The position numbers and the translations under genes were made by a program. DNA of 64,000 bases from the human T2T-CHM13v2.0 reference genome, Homo sapiens. Below the pieces are notes generated by a model. That model made no database searches. It was not told where the DNA came from and saw only the letters and a program-made list of their open reading frames with translations. Below are positions 12,631-25,417 of the stretch, piece after piece (positions within the stretch are counted from its first letter, which is position 1; the number at the start of each line of letters is the position of its first letter). Location: NCBI GenBank assembly GCA_009914755.4, contig CP086569.2, forward strand, positions 22,944,001 to 23,008,000, written 5' to 3'.

Positions 12631-14172
12631 ACCACACACACAGGCAGACATCCAACACTTGCAAGAATCCTGAAGAAACACACTGCTTGTTAGCTTCTGA
12701 CGCTGCATGGTTTTGCTAGATCCCCTTTTGGGAGACAGCAACCCAGGGGAACATGCAGGCTGTAACTAGAAATCACAATGGAACAAGTTTGAAAAAGACT
12801 CACCCCTACAACATCTAGGCAGGCCTGAGGAATCCTGCAGATCTTTTGGATCCTTAGGGATTTTGCAATTTATTCCTGGGCCTCTGTTTGATGTTTCTTT
12901 TGGCTGGCTCACATCTACTCTCTCGTAGGATCATGGGACTATCTCTTGGATCCCACAGAGAAGACAGGCAAGAGTCCACAGCCGACATACCTACAGGGAG
13001 GTCTCCTTCCTCAAGAGGCAGGAACTTGTCTCTAGGCAATGATGACATTCATTGTGATGCTAGCCAGAGCTCACAATGAGGACTGGTGTCCTGAGACTAG
13101 TGCATATGCATTCCTGAGGCAGGTACAGGCACCTAGCTGTCAGAGCTATCAGTCTGCCTAAGAAGAGAAAAATTGTGCAGGTAAAGTCAGTCTGGTCTTG
13201 GGAAAAAGGTTTCCCATGAGAAACCACTGTCAGACCCCAAGGTCTCGACCTCAGGGCCCCTTCTGGCCATCTCCATGGTCGAGTCTTGCTGGAGGAGGAG
13301 GCATTTTGAGACTCTGAGGTGGCGACTAGAAACTGCTCTTCCTACTCCATTCCGAAAGGATGCTTTTTGCAAGAATCCCATCCCATGAGAATCAGAATTT
13401 GGTCTGGTGTGTTGTTGAGGGTTCTTTGGGTGACAGAATTATACCTGAGATCCCAGAGATGGGTGTCAGTGAAAGATGGCTGGGCTCTTTACCTCACTGT
13501 CTCTCTCCACCCTGGGCCTTGCTGGGGCCCTCCACAAAAGGCAGGAACCATGACAAAGGGAATTCCAAAGAGGGCCAGTGTTCTCACCTCGATCTGGTCT
13601 CTCATGGGTGCAGATGAGGTTCAGACAATATCTCAGATGCCCTCTGTGGTGATGGCAAGCCTGAAACTGGTGAACAGTAGTGCAGTTGAGGGGCACTGTG
13701 GATTCCCTATGAAAGCAAAGAAACATCAAAGCTCACTTCAGAAAATGACTTGCCTTGAGCTTGCATCCAAGCAATGTTCAATGATTCCAGTCAGAGTATC
13801 CAAAAACCTTCTGCAGACTGCAAACAACTTTAGCACTCACAATGACACCACAAACTACAACCTGGATGAAGTCAGCCTACCCAAAGTCCCTTTTCATCCT
13901 TGAAATCCCTGACAGCCAATTGGTCTGTGGTGAGAGGCAACCCCATCCAGCAACAGCCCAATGAAAGACCTCATTCGCATTGAGAAAGGACTGGCAGATG
14001 CAATGAAACAGGGGCTAGATTACCAGGCAAAAGCCCAACACAGCTGCCTGCTTTTCATGCTAGAGGAATCATGCAGCCCTCTGATAAAAGTGGGAGAACA
14101 AGAGTTTCTTTATTGGTGGCTGTAACGAAAACTTACAGTGTTAAAATTATCACATCTTTCCAGTCTTTAAAA
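11692..14172 (+). repeat. Array unit U5 (2.48 kb)
   Basis: Full set of unit landmarks. Confidence 0.85.
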
Positions 14173-15910
14173 TGTGACAGTGTTTAGAAGAAAACACTCA
14201 TGCATTGGATTCCCATGAAGGTCATCCCCCATGAACTGTGAATTGCTTAGTGTGGAAGATGTGGAGCCAGACCCAGGAAGCCCTAGGCCGATGAGGAACA
14301 TGGAAGTCAGGAAAAGAAGAGACAAGTGTGCAGGGCACATCCCACCCAGCATCAACACATCCCACTCTCATTTGGCTCAGGGTATGAGAGCTCTCAAATC
14401 GGGAGCTTGTTAGAACCGCCCCAGCTTGCACTCCAAATGTTCCCTCAACATTGTATTACTCCCACCTCAACACCAGGACATAATATGAACTGCCTGTGTA
14501 ATTAAGGGAATGTGGGCATGCAGTTGGAAGTACCTTCTGTGTCATCTGTCTTCACCGTTTTTGCAGGAGAATGTGCTGAACTCTATTTACCCCTCACCAG
14601 ATTGTATCCTCACCCCTATTTTACCTTGTTACTTCTCACACTCTCTGTCCCAGAATGAAATCACAAGATGATGGAGGAGTGCCATATGAGGACATGAAGC
14701 ACCTACTCAGCTGAGAACAGAATTCAAAGTAAATTCAAAGGTCCCTTCACATAGGACTGCTAGTTTCTCACACTGGGTTGGCTGCAGAACAATGAAACAC
14801 AGAATGAAACACATTGTTTTGGGGTGTGATGTGCTCCTCTTCTTTCTAGAAGAATGGCTTTTTTTGCAGGGGGAGGTAACTTGAACCTATGCCTCTCTCA
14901 GACAGTCTCCTAATTCACTGCAAATTCATAGTCCACAGAAAAATAAGGGACACAGAGCCCTGCAACTCAAGCAGAGCCACACCAACAGGCCACCAAAAGG
15001 TGTGGAGTTTCAAAAAAAGGAAGCGATGCAGTGTGTTATCCACATTCCATTAAGCAGACTCCACTTAGCCACACACTAACACATAAACACACACACACAA
15101 AGCCACACAAACACGGAGATATCTAACACTTGCAACACTTCCACAGAAGAACACAGCATGGCAGGTTCTGAGTTTGCGTGGTCCTGCAGGAAGCCTTAAT
15201 TGAAAGACAGGAACTTTGGGGAACACAGGTGGGCTGTAGTTAGAAATCAAAGTGGGGTAGGTTTCAAAAGACTCACTGCTACAACATCTAGGCATGCCTG
15301 AGACATCCCGCAGATCTTTTAGATCCTTATGAATTTTGTGGTTTATTCCTGAAGCTCTGCTTGATGTTTCTTCAGGCTTGTTCATATCTGCCTTCTTCTA
15401 GGATCATGGAACTATCTTGAGGATCCACAACTCCACAGAGGTCCCCTTCTCTGCCAAGATGTGTAGACTTAGGCCACTGTGGCATTCATTGTGATGCTAG
15501 CCAGAGCTCAAAACTAAGGCCTCGTGCCCTGAGACTAGCAAACGTGCATTTGTGTGGATGGCTCATGTACTGGCTGTCAGCCTTCCTAGGCAGAGGAAGA
15601 TGGTACAAGTAGAGCCGCCTTCATACTGAGAAAAAGTTTGCCTGGGGTAATATCCTGTGGTACTCTAAATGTCTCGACCTTAGGGCTACTTCTTATCGTC
15701 TCCGTGGTTGGGTTCCGCTGGAGTATGAGGCATTTCAAGACTGTGAAGTGGTGGGTGGAAACTGTTCTTCTGACTTCATTTCCGGAATAGGCTGTGTGCA
15801 AGAATCTGGTCCCAAGGGGATAGGAATGTAGTACCGTGACTTTCCTTGTTGGCAGCGGTAGTGGTAATTTATGATTTTAAAAGTATCAAAGCTGCCCAGT
15901 CATTTAAACA
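14173..15910 (+). repeat. Array unit U6 (1.74 kb; ~0.72-kb internal deletion at ~15838)
   Basis: The sequence jumps from 'gggataggaatgtagtaccgtgac' straight to the unit tail 'tttccttgttggcagcggtagtgg'. Confidence 0.8.
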
Positions 15911-18393
15911 TAACAGTGCTTAGAAAGAAACACTCACTCAATGGATTCCCATGAGGGTCGTTCTCCGTGCAGGGGGAAACCTTTAGCGTGCAAGTGATTA
16001 AGCCAGACTCAGGAAACCATAGGCTGACAAGGAACATGGAAGTCAGGGAAAGAAGAGGCAAACATGAAGGCCACATCCCCATTCAGCATCAGTCCTTTCC
16101 AGTCCCATTTGGCTCCAGGTATGAAAAACCCCAAATCTGGAGTTTGTCAGAATGGCCCCAATTTGCACTCCAACTTTTCCTGGCACGTTGCAGGACTCCA
16201 CTTGAACACCAGGCCATTGCGTGGACTGCTTGTGCAATTAAAAGAATGTGGGGATGGAGTGGGAAACCACTTCTGTGTCATCTGCCTTCATTTTTTTTTT
16301 TTTTTTTTTGGCAGGTGAAGTTGCAGGACACCATTTACTCTTCACCAAATTGTATCTTCACTCCTATCTGACTTGTTCACAATCTATTTCACAGAAGGAA
16401 ATCCCAAAATGATGGAGGAGTGTTTCCTCATGACGTGAAGCACCTGCTGGGCTGGGAACCGAATTCAAGGTACATTCAAGGGGACCTGCAGACAGGACTG
16501 CTATTGTCTCTCTGTGGGTTGGCCACAGGAAAATAAAACACTGAGAGATGCCTCTTTTTTGGTGTGGTGTGCCCCTTTTCTTTCTAAAGGAGTCAATTTT
16601 CTTGCAGGGTGAGGTGACTTGGATGCCCACATGTATCAGCTCACCTTCAAATTCACTGCGGATTAATAGTCCACAGAAATATAAAGAACATGGACCTCTG
16701 GAGCCCAAGCAGACCCACACAGAGAGGCCACCAAAAGTTTCTGAGACTCAAAAAAAAAAAAGTGCTGAAATTCGTTAGCCACATTCCTTTAAGGAGATTC
16801 CACTTACAGGCACACACATAAAAACGCGCGTGCACACACACACACACACACACTCTAAGCCACAAACACGTGAAGACATCCAACACTTGCAAAACACTTC
16901 CACAGAAACACAGCCTGGCTGCTTCTGAGGCTGCCTGGTTCTGCAGGAAGCTCCACCTGGAGGAATAAACCTAGGGAAAACAGCTCGGCTGTACCTAGAA
17001 ATCACAGTGGGGTAAGTTTCAAAAAGATTCATCCTACAACCTCTAGGCAAGCCTGCGGCATTGTGCAGATCTTTTTGTATGTGTAGGGATTTCTCAGTCT
17101 ATTTCTAGGACTCTCCTTGACATTTCTTCAGGCTGGCTCACTGTACCATCTCTTAGGATCATGGGACTGTTCCTTGGATCCCACAAAGAAAACAAGGGAA
17201 AGTCCAACACCAAAGCACCTCCATGGAGGTCTCCTTTTCTGTGAAGCTGCAGGAGTTGTCACTAGGCAAAGGTGGCATTCATTGTGACTCTAGCCAGAGA
17301 CCACAGCTCAGGCCTTGTGCCCTGAGACAAGCACATGGATATTCATGAAGCCAACTCTGGCATCTGGATGTCAGAGCTGTCAGACTGCCTAAGCAGAGGA
17401 AAATGGTACAGGCAGAGAATGTTTGGGAGCAGGAAAAAGGCAGCCTGCAATAAGCTAAGGCGGGACCCTAAAAGTCTCCACCTGAGAACATCTTCAGGAC
17501 ACCTCTGTGGCTGGGTCACACAGTAAGGTGAGGTGTTTCGAGATGCTGAGGTGGTTACTGAAAAATTCTCTTCTGACTCCATTTATGAAAGAGGTTGTGT
17601 GCAAGAATCAAGTCCCCTGGGGATTGGAATATAGGCTAGTGTGTTGTTGAGGGATCTTTAGTTAATGGAATCATAGCTGAGACACCAGAGGTGGTTGTCA
17701 GTGAAAGATGACTGGGTCCTTAACCTCACTGTCTCCCTCCACACTGGGCCTCACTGCCACTCTCTGGGAAAGCCAGGAACACCAACAAAGGAAAGTCCAA
17801 AGTGGAGCTCCATTCTCACACCTCCAAAAGGCCTATCATGCATGCAGATGATGTTGAGACAATGTCTCACATGCCCTCTGTGGTGATTGCCAGCCTGGAA
17901 AAAGTATCCAGTAGTGCTTTTGAGGGACACAGTGGACCACACATGAAAGGAGTGAAAAATGAAGGCTCTCCTGAGAGAATGAGCTGATTTGTGCTGGAGG
18001 CCTAGCAACGTTCCAAGATTTCCATCAGAGGACCCAAAATCCTCCTGCAAAATTCAAACAACCTCAGCCCCCAGATGGAGACCATGACCCACCACCTGGA
18101 GCACAGCAATCCTATTCAAAGTCTCTTTTGGTCCCTGAAATCCCTGGCAGCCAAAAGATCTGTGGCAAGAGGCAGTCCTGTCCAGCAACACCCTCCATGA
18201 TGAGAAAGGACGTGCAACTGAAATGAAACAGAGTCTAGTTTACCAGTTAAAAGCCAGGCACGATGGCCTGCTTCTCATCCTACAGGAATCATGCAGCCCT
18301 CTGATATAAGTGGGAGAAAAACAGTTTCCTTGTCAGTGGCTGTAATGGGAATTTATCATGTTAAAGGTATCACAGCTGCCCACTCATTAAAAT
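15911..18393 (+). repeat. Array unit U7 (2.48 kb)
   Basis: Full set of unit landmarks. It has a (T)19 tract ahead of the acceptor at 16296-16314. Confidence 0.85.
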
Positions 18394-20858
18394 GTCACAG
18401 TGTTTAGAAGGAAACACTCAAGCAATGGATTCCCATGAGGGTCGTCCTCCGCAAAATGGGAAACATTTAGTGTGAAAGACTTAGAGCCAGACCCAGGAAA
18501 CCCTAGGCCCACAAGAAATAAGGAAGTCAGAAAAAGAATAGGCAAGTGTGAAGGCCACATCCTACCCATCATCAATCCATCTCACTCCCATTTGGCTGCG
18601 GGTATGAAAGCCCTCAAATCCGGAGTTTGCCAGGATATCCCCAGTTTGCAATTCAAATGTTCCCTGCCCGTTGGAGTACTTCCAACTGAACACTACGCGA
18701 TGAGGCTGAAAGCACCTTCTGTGTCATCTGTCTTCATTTTTCTTGCAGGTAAAGTTTTGTCACCCCATGCACCCCTCACAAGATTGTATCTTTACCTCTG
18801 TCTGAACTTAATGCTATCCACACTCTATGTCCTAGGGTGAAATCCCAAAATGATTTTTAAAATGTGCCCCCCACCCCAGCAAGATGTGAATCACCTGTTC
18901 AGCTGGGAAGGGAATTCGAGGTTAATTCAAGAGACCCTGTGGACAGGACTGCTAATGTCTCTCCTGGGTTTGCCAAAGGACAATAAAACACTGAAAGATA
19001 TCTATTTTTTGGTGTTGTGTGCTCCTCTTCTTTCTAGAATGGTGGTTTTTATGGCACACACAATGCCACACACACACAGACATCCAACATTTGCGACACT
19101 CCTACAGAAATACCCAACCCAGAAACTACTCAGGATGCATTGTTGTGCAGGAAACACCACCTGGGAAAGAGCCCCACAGCCCAAGCAGAGCCACACAGAC
19201 AAGCCAACAGAAGTTGGGTAGACACAAAAAAAGGAAGCACTGAAGTGCGTTAGCAACATTCCTTTAAGCAGACTGCACATACAATCACACACACGCATAT
19301 ACACAAACACTCAATGCCACACACGCATTCAGACATCCAACACTTGCAACACTCCACCAGAAAGGTTTGGAGACAAAAAAAAAAATGAAGCACTGAAGTG
19401 CATTAGCCACATTATTTTAAGCAGTCTCCACTTACAGGCACACAAACACACACAAACAAATACACAATGCCACACACACAGGCAGACATCCAAGATTCAC
19501 AACACTCCCACACACAAAAAAAAGTTGGATAGCTCCTGTGGCTGCGTGATTCTGCAGGAATCCCAACTTGGGAGAGAGCAACACCAAGAAACACAGGAGA
19601 ACTGTACCTAGAAATTTCAGTGGGGCAAGTTTCAAAAAGACTCACTCCTACAATGCCTCGGCAGGCCTGAGGATTCCAGCATATCCTTTTGCATCCTTAG
19701 GGATTTTGCAGTGTATTCCTGGAGCTGTGGTTGATGTTTCTCCAGGCTAGGATCATGGGACAATCCCGTGGATACCACAGAGACAGGTGACTGTGCATTC
19801 TTGAGGAAGGATCAGGCACCTGGCTCTCAGAGCTGTCAGCCTGCTTAAGCAGAGGAAATTGGTACAGGCAGAGCTGGCCTGGCATGGCCAAAAATACTAC
19901 CTGTGATAACCCACTGCCAGATCGAAAAAGTCTAGACCATAGGGCCATTTTGGCAGTCTCTGAGGTCAGGTTCCACTGAAGGAGGAGTCGCTTTGAGACT
20001 GAACTGGCCTTTGTAATCTGCATCTCTGCCTTCATTCCCCAGAGAGGCTGTGTGCAAGATTCCATTCCCATGGGGATTGGAATGCCCTTTGGTGAGTTTT
20101 TGATGGGTCCTTTGGTGATGGAATCATTGCTGAGACCCAAGAGGCAGGTGTGAGCAAAAGATGGCTGGCCCCTTGACCTCACTGTCTCCCATCATCCTGG
20201 ACCTATCAGGGACTCTCCGGGAGAGGCAGAAACCACGACAAAAGCAAGTCCAAGATAAAGTATTGTTCCCACACCTCAAACTGGCCTCTCATGGGTGCAG
20301 ATGAGGTTGTGACAGTGTATCAGAGGCATCTGTGGTGATAGCAAGCCAGAAAAGGCTATCCAGTAGTGCTGATGAGGTGCAAAGTGGACCCCCCATAAAA
20401 GCAAAGAAGAATCTAGGTTCATCTGGGAGAACAAGCTGACTTGTGTGGGAGTTCAAGCAATGTTCAAAGATTTTTGTCAGAGGACCCAAAAGCCTCCTGA
20501 AAAGTGTGAACAACATCAGCCTCCACAAGGAGACTGATGACACAAAACCTGGGGCATAGCCAGTCTACACAAAGTTCTTTATGCTTCCTGAAATTCCTGG
20601 TAGCCAAAAGATCTGTAGTGAGAGGCAGTCCAATCCGGCAAGATCCAATGAAAGATCCACTCCACAGCGAAGAAGGACGTGCAGATGAAGTGAAACAAAG
20701 CCAAGATTACCAGGCAAATGCAGAACGACTGCCTGCATATCCTCCTACAGGAATCATGCAGCCCTCTGATAAAAGTGGGAGAACAAGAATTTCCATGTTG
20801 GTGGCTGTAAGAGGAATTTAAGTTTTTACAAGTATCACAGCTGCCCAGTCATTAAAAC
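18394..20858 (+). repeat. Array unit U8 (2.46 kb)
   Basis: Unit landmarks are present. The CA-rich block is partly duplicated at 19040-19500. Confidence 0.8.
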
Positions 20859-23286
20859 TTGACAGTTTAGAAAGAAACACTCACGCAGTGGATTTCCATG
20901 AGGGTCTTCCTCTGTGAACTCAGAAAGTTTTAGTTTGGAAGACGTGGATTCAGACCCAGAAAACCCTAGGCTGAAGAGCAACATGAAAGGCAGAAAAAGA
21001 AGAGGTAAGTATATAGGCCACATCCTATCCAGCATCAATCCAATACACTCTCCTTTGGCTCCGGATATAAAAGCCCACATAGTGGGAGTTTACAAGGATG
21101 GCCCCAGTTTGCTCTTGAAATGTTCCCTGCTCGTTGGAGTACTGCCAACTGAACAACTAGCTATGGAGTTGGAAGCACCTTCTGGGTCATCTGTCTTCAT
21201 TTACTTATCTATTTATTTTTTTGCAGAGATATTGTGGGACCCCATGAACCACTCACCAGATTGTATCCTCAACCCTACCTGAACTTATTGCTGCTCACCC
21301 TCTATGTTCCAGGATGAAATCTCAAGGCGATGTTGGAGTGCCCACTCACGACATGAAACACGTGCTCAGCTGTGACCCATATACGAGGTAAAGTCAAGCG
21401 GCTTTGCAGACAGTACTGCTATATTTTCTCCCTGGGTTCACCACAGGACAACAAAACACTGGAAGATGTCTTATTTTTGCTGTGGTGTGTTCCTCTTCTT
21501 TCTAGAAGAGTGGCATTTTTTTGCAGGGGGAGGTAACTTGAATGCCCATGTGTTTCAACTTGCTTCCCAATTCACTGCAGATTCATGATCCACAGAAAAA
21601 TAAAGAACATGGAGCCCCACAGCCCAAGCAGAGCCACACTGACCACCCAACAGAATGTTGGGATACTCAAAAAAAGAAGCGCTGAAGTGCATTAGCCACA
21701 TTATTTTAAGCATACTCCACTTACAGGCACATACACACACACACAATGCCACACACACACACAAACAACACTCACAACACTCCCACAGATAAACACACAC
21801 TGGCAGCTCCTGAGGCTGCATGGTTCTGTGGGAATCCCCATCTTGGAGACAGCAACCCAAAAAAACATTTGGGCTGTACCTAGAAATCACTATGAGGCAA
21901 GTTTCAAAAAGACTCACCCCTACAACATCTAGGCTGTCCTGAGGAATCCTGAAGATCTTTTGCATCCTTAGGGATATTATGGTTTATTCCTGGGGCTGTG
22001 CTTGATGTCTCTTCAAGCTGGCTCACGTCTGCCCCCTCCTAGGAATGTGGGTTATGTCATGGATTCCACAGAGAAGACAGGTGAGAGATCAAAACCAACA
22101 CACTTTCATGGAAATCTTCTCCACCAAGTAGCAGGGACTTGTTGCTAGGCAACGGTGGCATGCACTGTGATGCTAGCCAGAACTCAAAAATCAGGCCTGG
22201 TGCCCTAAGACTAGCACATGCACATTCGTGAGGGAGGCTCGGGTGCAGTGCTGTCAGAGCTGTCACCCTACCTAAGCAGAGGAAAATGGTAAAGGCAGAG
22301 CCGTGCTGGTGTAAAAAAAAAAACGCTGCCTGCAAACACTCACTTCAGGACCCTAAAACTGTCAAACTGGTGAACACTCCAGGCTGTCTCGGTGGTCGGG
22401 TCCTGCTGGAGGCAGAAGCATTTTGTTACTGTGAGGTGGTCACAGGAAACTGCTCTTCTGACTCCATTCAAGAAAGATCTATATGCAAGAATCCGTTCCA
22501 GCAGGGATTGGAATATAGTCTGCTGTGTTGTTGACAGCTCTTTCAGTGATAGAATAATACCTGAGACCCCAGAGGTGGGTGTCAGTGAAAGATGGCCAGG
22601 CTCTTGATCTCAATTCCTCCCTTCATCCTGAGCCTCGCAGGGCTCTCTGGGAAAAGCCAGAACCAAGACAAAGGCAAATCAAAGTTGGAGTAATGTTCTC
22701 ACACTATGGCCTGGCCTCTCACAAGTGCAAATGAGTTGAGACAGTGTCTCAGAGTCCAGCTGTGGTGATGGCAAGCCTTGAAAGGGTGTCCAGTATTGCT
22801 GTTGATGGGCACTGTGGATTCCCCATGAAAGCAAACAAAAATCAAGGCTCACTACAGAACAAACTGTCTTGTGCTGGAGCCCAAGCAATGTTCAATGATT
22901 CCTGTCACAGGGCGCAAAACCATCCTGCAAAGTGCATACATCCTCAGCCCCCGCAAAGAGGCAACAGCCCAAAACCTGGAGAGCAGCCAGAATACCTGTC
23001 ATTTTTTATGATCTCTGAAATCCCTGGCCACTAAATAATCTGTGGTGAAAGGCAGTCCAATCCAGCAACATCCCAATGAAAGAGCCCCTCCACAATGAGA
23101 AGGCCATGCAGATGACATTAAACAGAGGCTAGATTACCAGGAAAAGCAAGACACTGTTGCCTGTATCTCATCCTGCAGGAATCATGCAGGCCTCTGATAG
23201 AAGTGAGAGGACAAGAGTTTTCTTGTTGGTGTCTGTGACAGGAATTTATGGTTTTAAACCTATCAAAATGTCCCACTCATTAAATT
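20859..23286 (+). repeat. Array unit U9 (2.43 kb)
   Basis: Full set of unit landmarks. Confidence 0.85.
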
Positions 23287-23568
23287 GTGACAGTGTTTAG
23301 AAGAAAACACTAAACAATGGATTCCCATGATGATCATTCTCCACAAACTGGGAAACCTTTAGTATTTGTGCTCCTTTTCTGTCTAGAAGAGTGGCATTTT
23401 TTTTTTTTTTTTGCAGGCGGATGTTATTTGGATGCCAGCACATGTTGGCATGCCTCCCAGTCCACTGCAGGCTCATGATTCACAGAAAAATAAAGAACAC
23501 AGAGCGATGCAGCCCAAGGTAAGCCACATAGACAGGCCATCAACGGGTTGGGAGACAAGAAAGAAGGA

Positions 23569-23644
<76 letters not shown>

Positions 23645-25417
23645 AAAAGAAAGAGAGACAGAGAGAGAGAGAGAGGGAGGGAGGGAGGGAGGGAGGGAGG
23701 GAGGGAGGAAGGAAGGAAGGAAGGAAGGAAGGAAGGAAAGAAGGAAGGAAAGAAGTAAGGGAGAGAGAGAGATGCTGTAGTGTGTTAGCCACATTGTTAT
23801 AAGCAGACTGCACTTACAGTCACACACACAGAAACACACACACACACCCAATGCCACACAGACACACAGACATCAAACACACAGATATTCAACACTCACA
23901 ACACTCCCACAGAAACACACAGTCCAGGAGCTCCTGAGGCTGTGTGGTTCTACAAGAAGCCCCACCTGGAGAGAGCCACCCTGGTGAACACAGGGGGCCT
24001 GTACTTAAAAATCACAGTGGGGCAAGTTTCAAGAGGACTCACCCCTACAATGTCTAGGCAGGCTGGAGGAATCCTGTAGATCCTTTTGGATCCTTAGGGA
24101 TTTTGTGGTTTATTCCTGGAGCTGTATTTGATGTTTCTTCAGGCTGGCTCACATATGCCCTCTCCTAAGATCATGGGACTATCTATGGATCCCACAGAGA
24201 AGACAGTTGAGAGTTCACCACTGACACACCTCCACAGAATTCTCCTTTGCCGAGACAAAGGGACTTATTGCTAGATAATGGTGACATTTATACTGAGGCA
24301 AGCCAGAGTTCACAATGAGGCCTAGTGCCCTGAGGCTAGTGCATGCACATTCATGAGGCAAGCTGGGGAGCATGGCTGTCAGAGCTATCAGCCTGCCTAA
24401 GTAGACAATAATGCTACAGGCAGAGTTGGCCTGGTATCAGGAAAAAGGCTGCCTGTGAAAAAGGCTGCCTGTGAAAAAGACTGCAAGGTCCTAAAACTCC
24501 CAACCTCAGGGACCCTCCAGGCCATCGTGGTGGTCGACTTCCACTGGAGGAGGAGGCATTTTGTGACTGTGAGATAGTTTCTAGAAACTGCTCTTCAGAT
24601 TTCATTCTGGAAAAAGGCTGTGTGCAAGAATTGAGTACCATGGGGATTAAAATATAGACTGGTGTGTTGTTGAGGGTTCTTTGTGTGATAGAATCATACC
24701 TGAGACCCCAGAAGTGGATATCATGAAAAGATGGCCAGACTCTTGACCTCACTGCCTTCCTTCAACTTTGACCTCACAGGGGCTCTCTAGGAAAGGCAGA
24801 AACTACAACAAAGGCAAGTCAGAGTTGGATCACTGTTCTCCCACCTTGTACTGCCCTCTCTTGGGTGCAGATGAGGTTGAAACAGTGTCTCAGAGGCCGT
24901 TTGTTGGGATGGCCAGCCTGAAAATGGTGTCCAGTAGTGCTGTTAAGGGGCAATGTGGATTCCCCATGAAAACGAAGAAAACCCAAGGCTTGCCTGAGAG
25001 AATGAGCTACCTTGTGCTGGAGTCTATGCAATGTTCAGTGAGTCCTGTCAAAGAACCCAAAAGCATCCTGCATAGTGCAAACATTCTGAGCCCCCACAAC
25101 CAATGACATGGAATGCAGCCAGACTACTTGATGACCCTTTTGCTCTCTGAAATCCCTGGCAGCTAAATAATCTGTAGCTAGAGGCAGTCCCATCCAGCAA
25201 CAGCCCAATGAAAAAGACCCTTCACAGTGAGAATGCCATGCAGATGAAATGAAATAGAGGCTAGATTACCAGGAAAAATTGACACATCTGTGTGCTTTTC
25301 ATCCTGCAAGAATCATGCAGCCCCCTGGTAGATATGGGAGAACAAAAGTTTTCTTGTTGGTGGCAGTAATGGGAATTTACAGTTTTAACAATGTCAAAGC
25401 TTCCCAGTCATTAAAAC
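23287..25417 (+). repeat. Array unit U10 (2.13 kb; ~0.5-kb deletion removing the exon-like block at ~23365; polypurine expansion 23556-23772)
   Basis: The sequence jumps from 'gggaaacctttagt' to 'gtgctccttttctgtctagaagagtgg'. The (A)n landmark is replaced by (GAAA)n, (GGGA)n and (GGAA)n. Confidence 0.8.
23556..23772 (+). repeat. Compound polypurine microsatellite (GAAA)n-(GA)n-(GGGA)n-(GGAA)n, ~215 bp
   Basis: Direct reading of the sequence. It sits at the site occupied by a short A-tract in the other units. The 'KERKKERKK' ORFs reported here are translation artefacts of this repeat. Confidence 0.95.
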
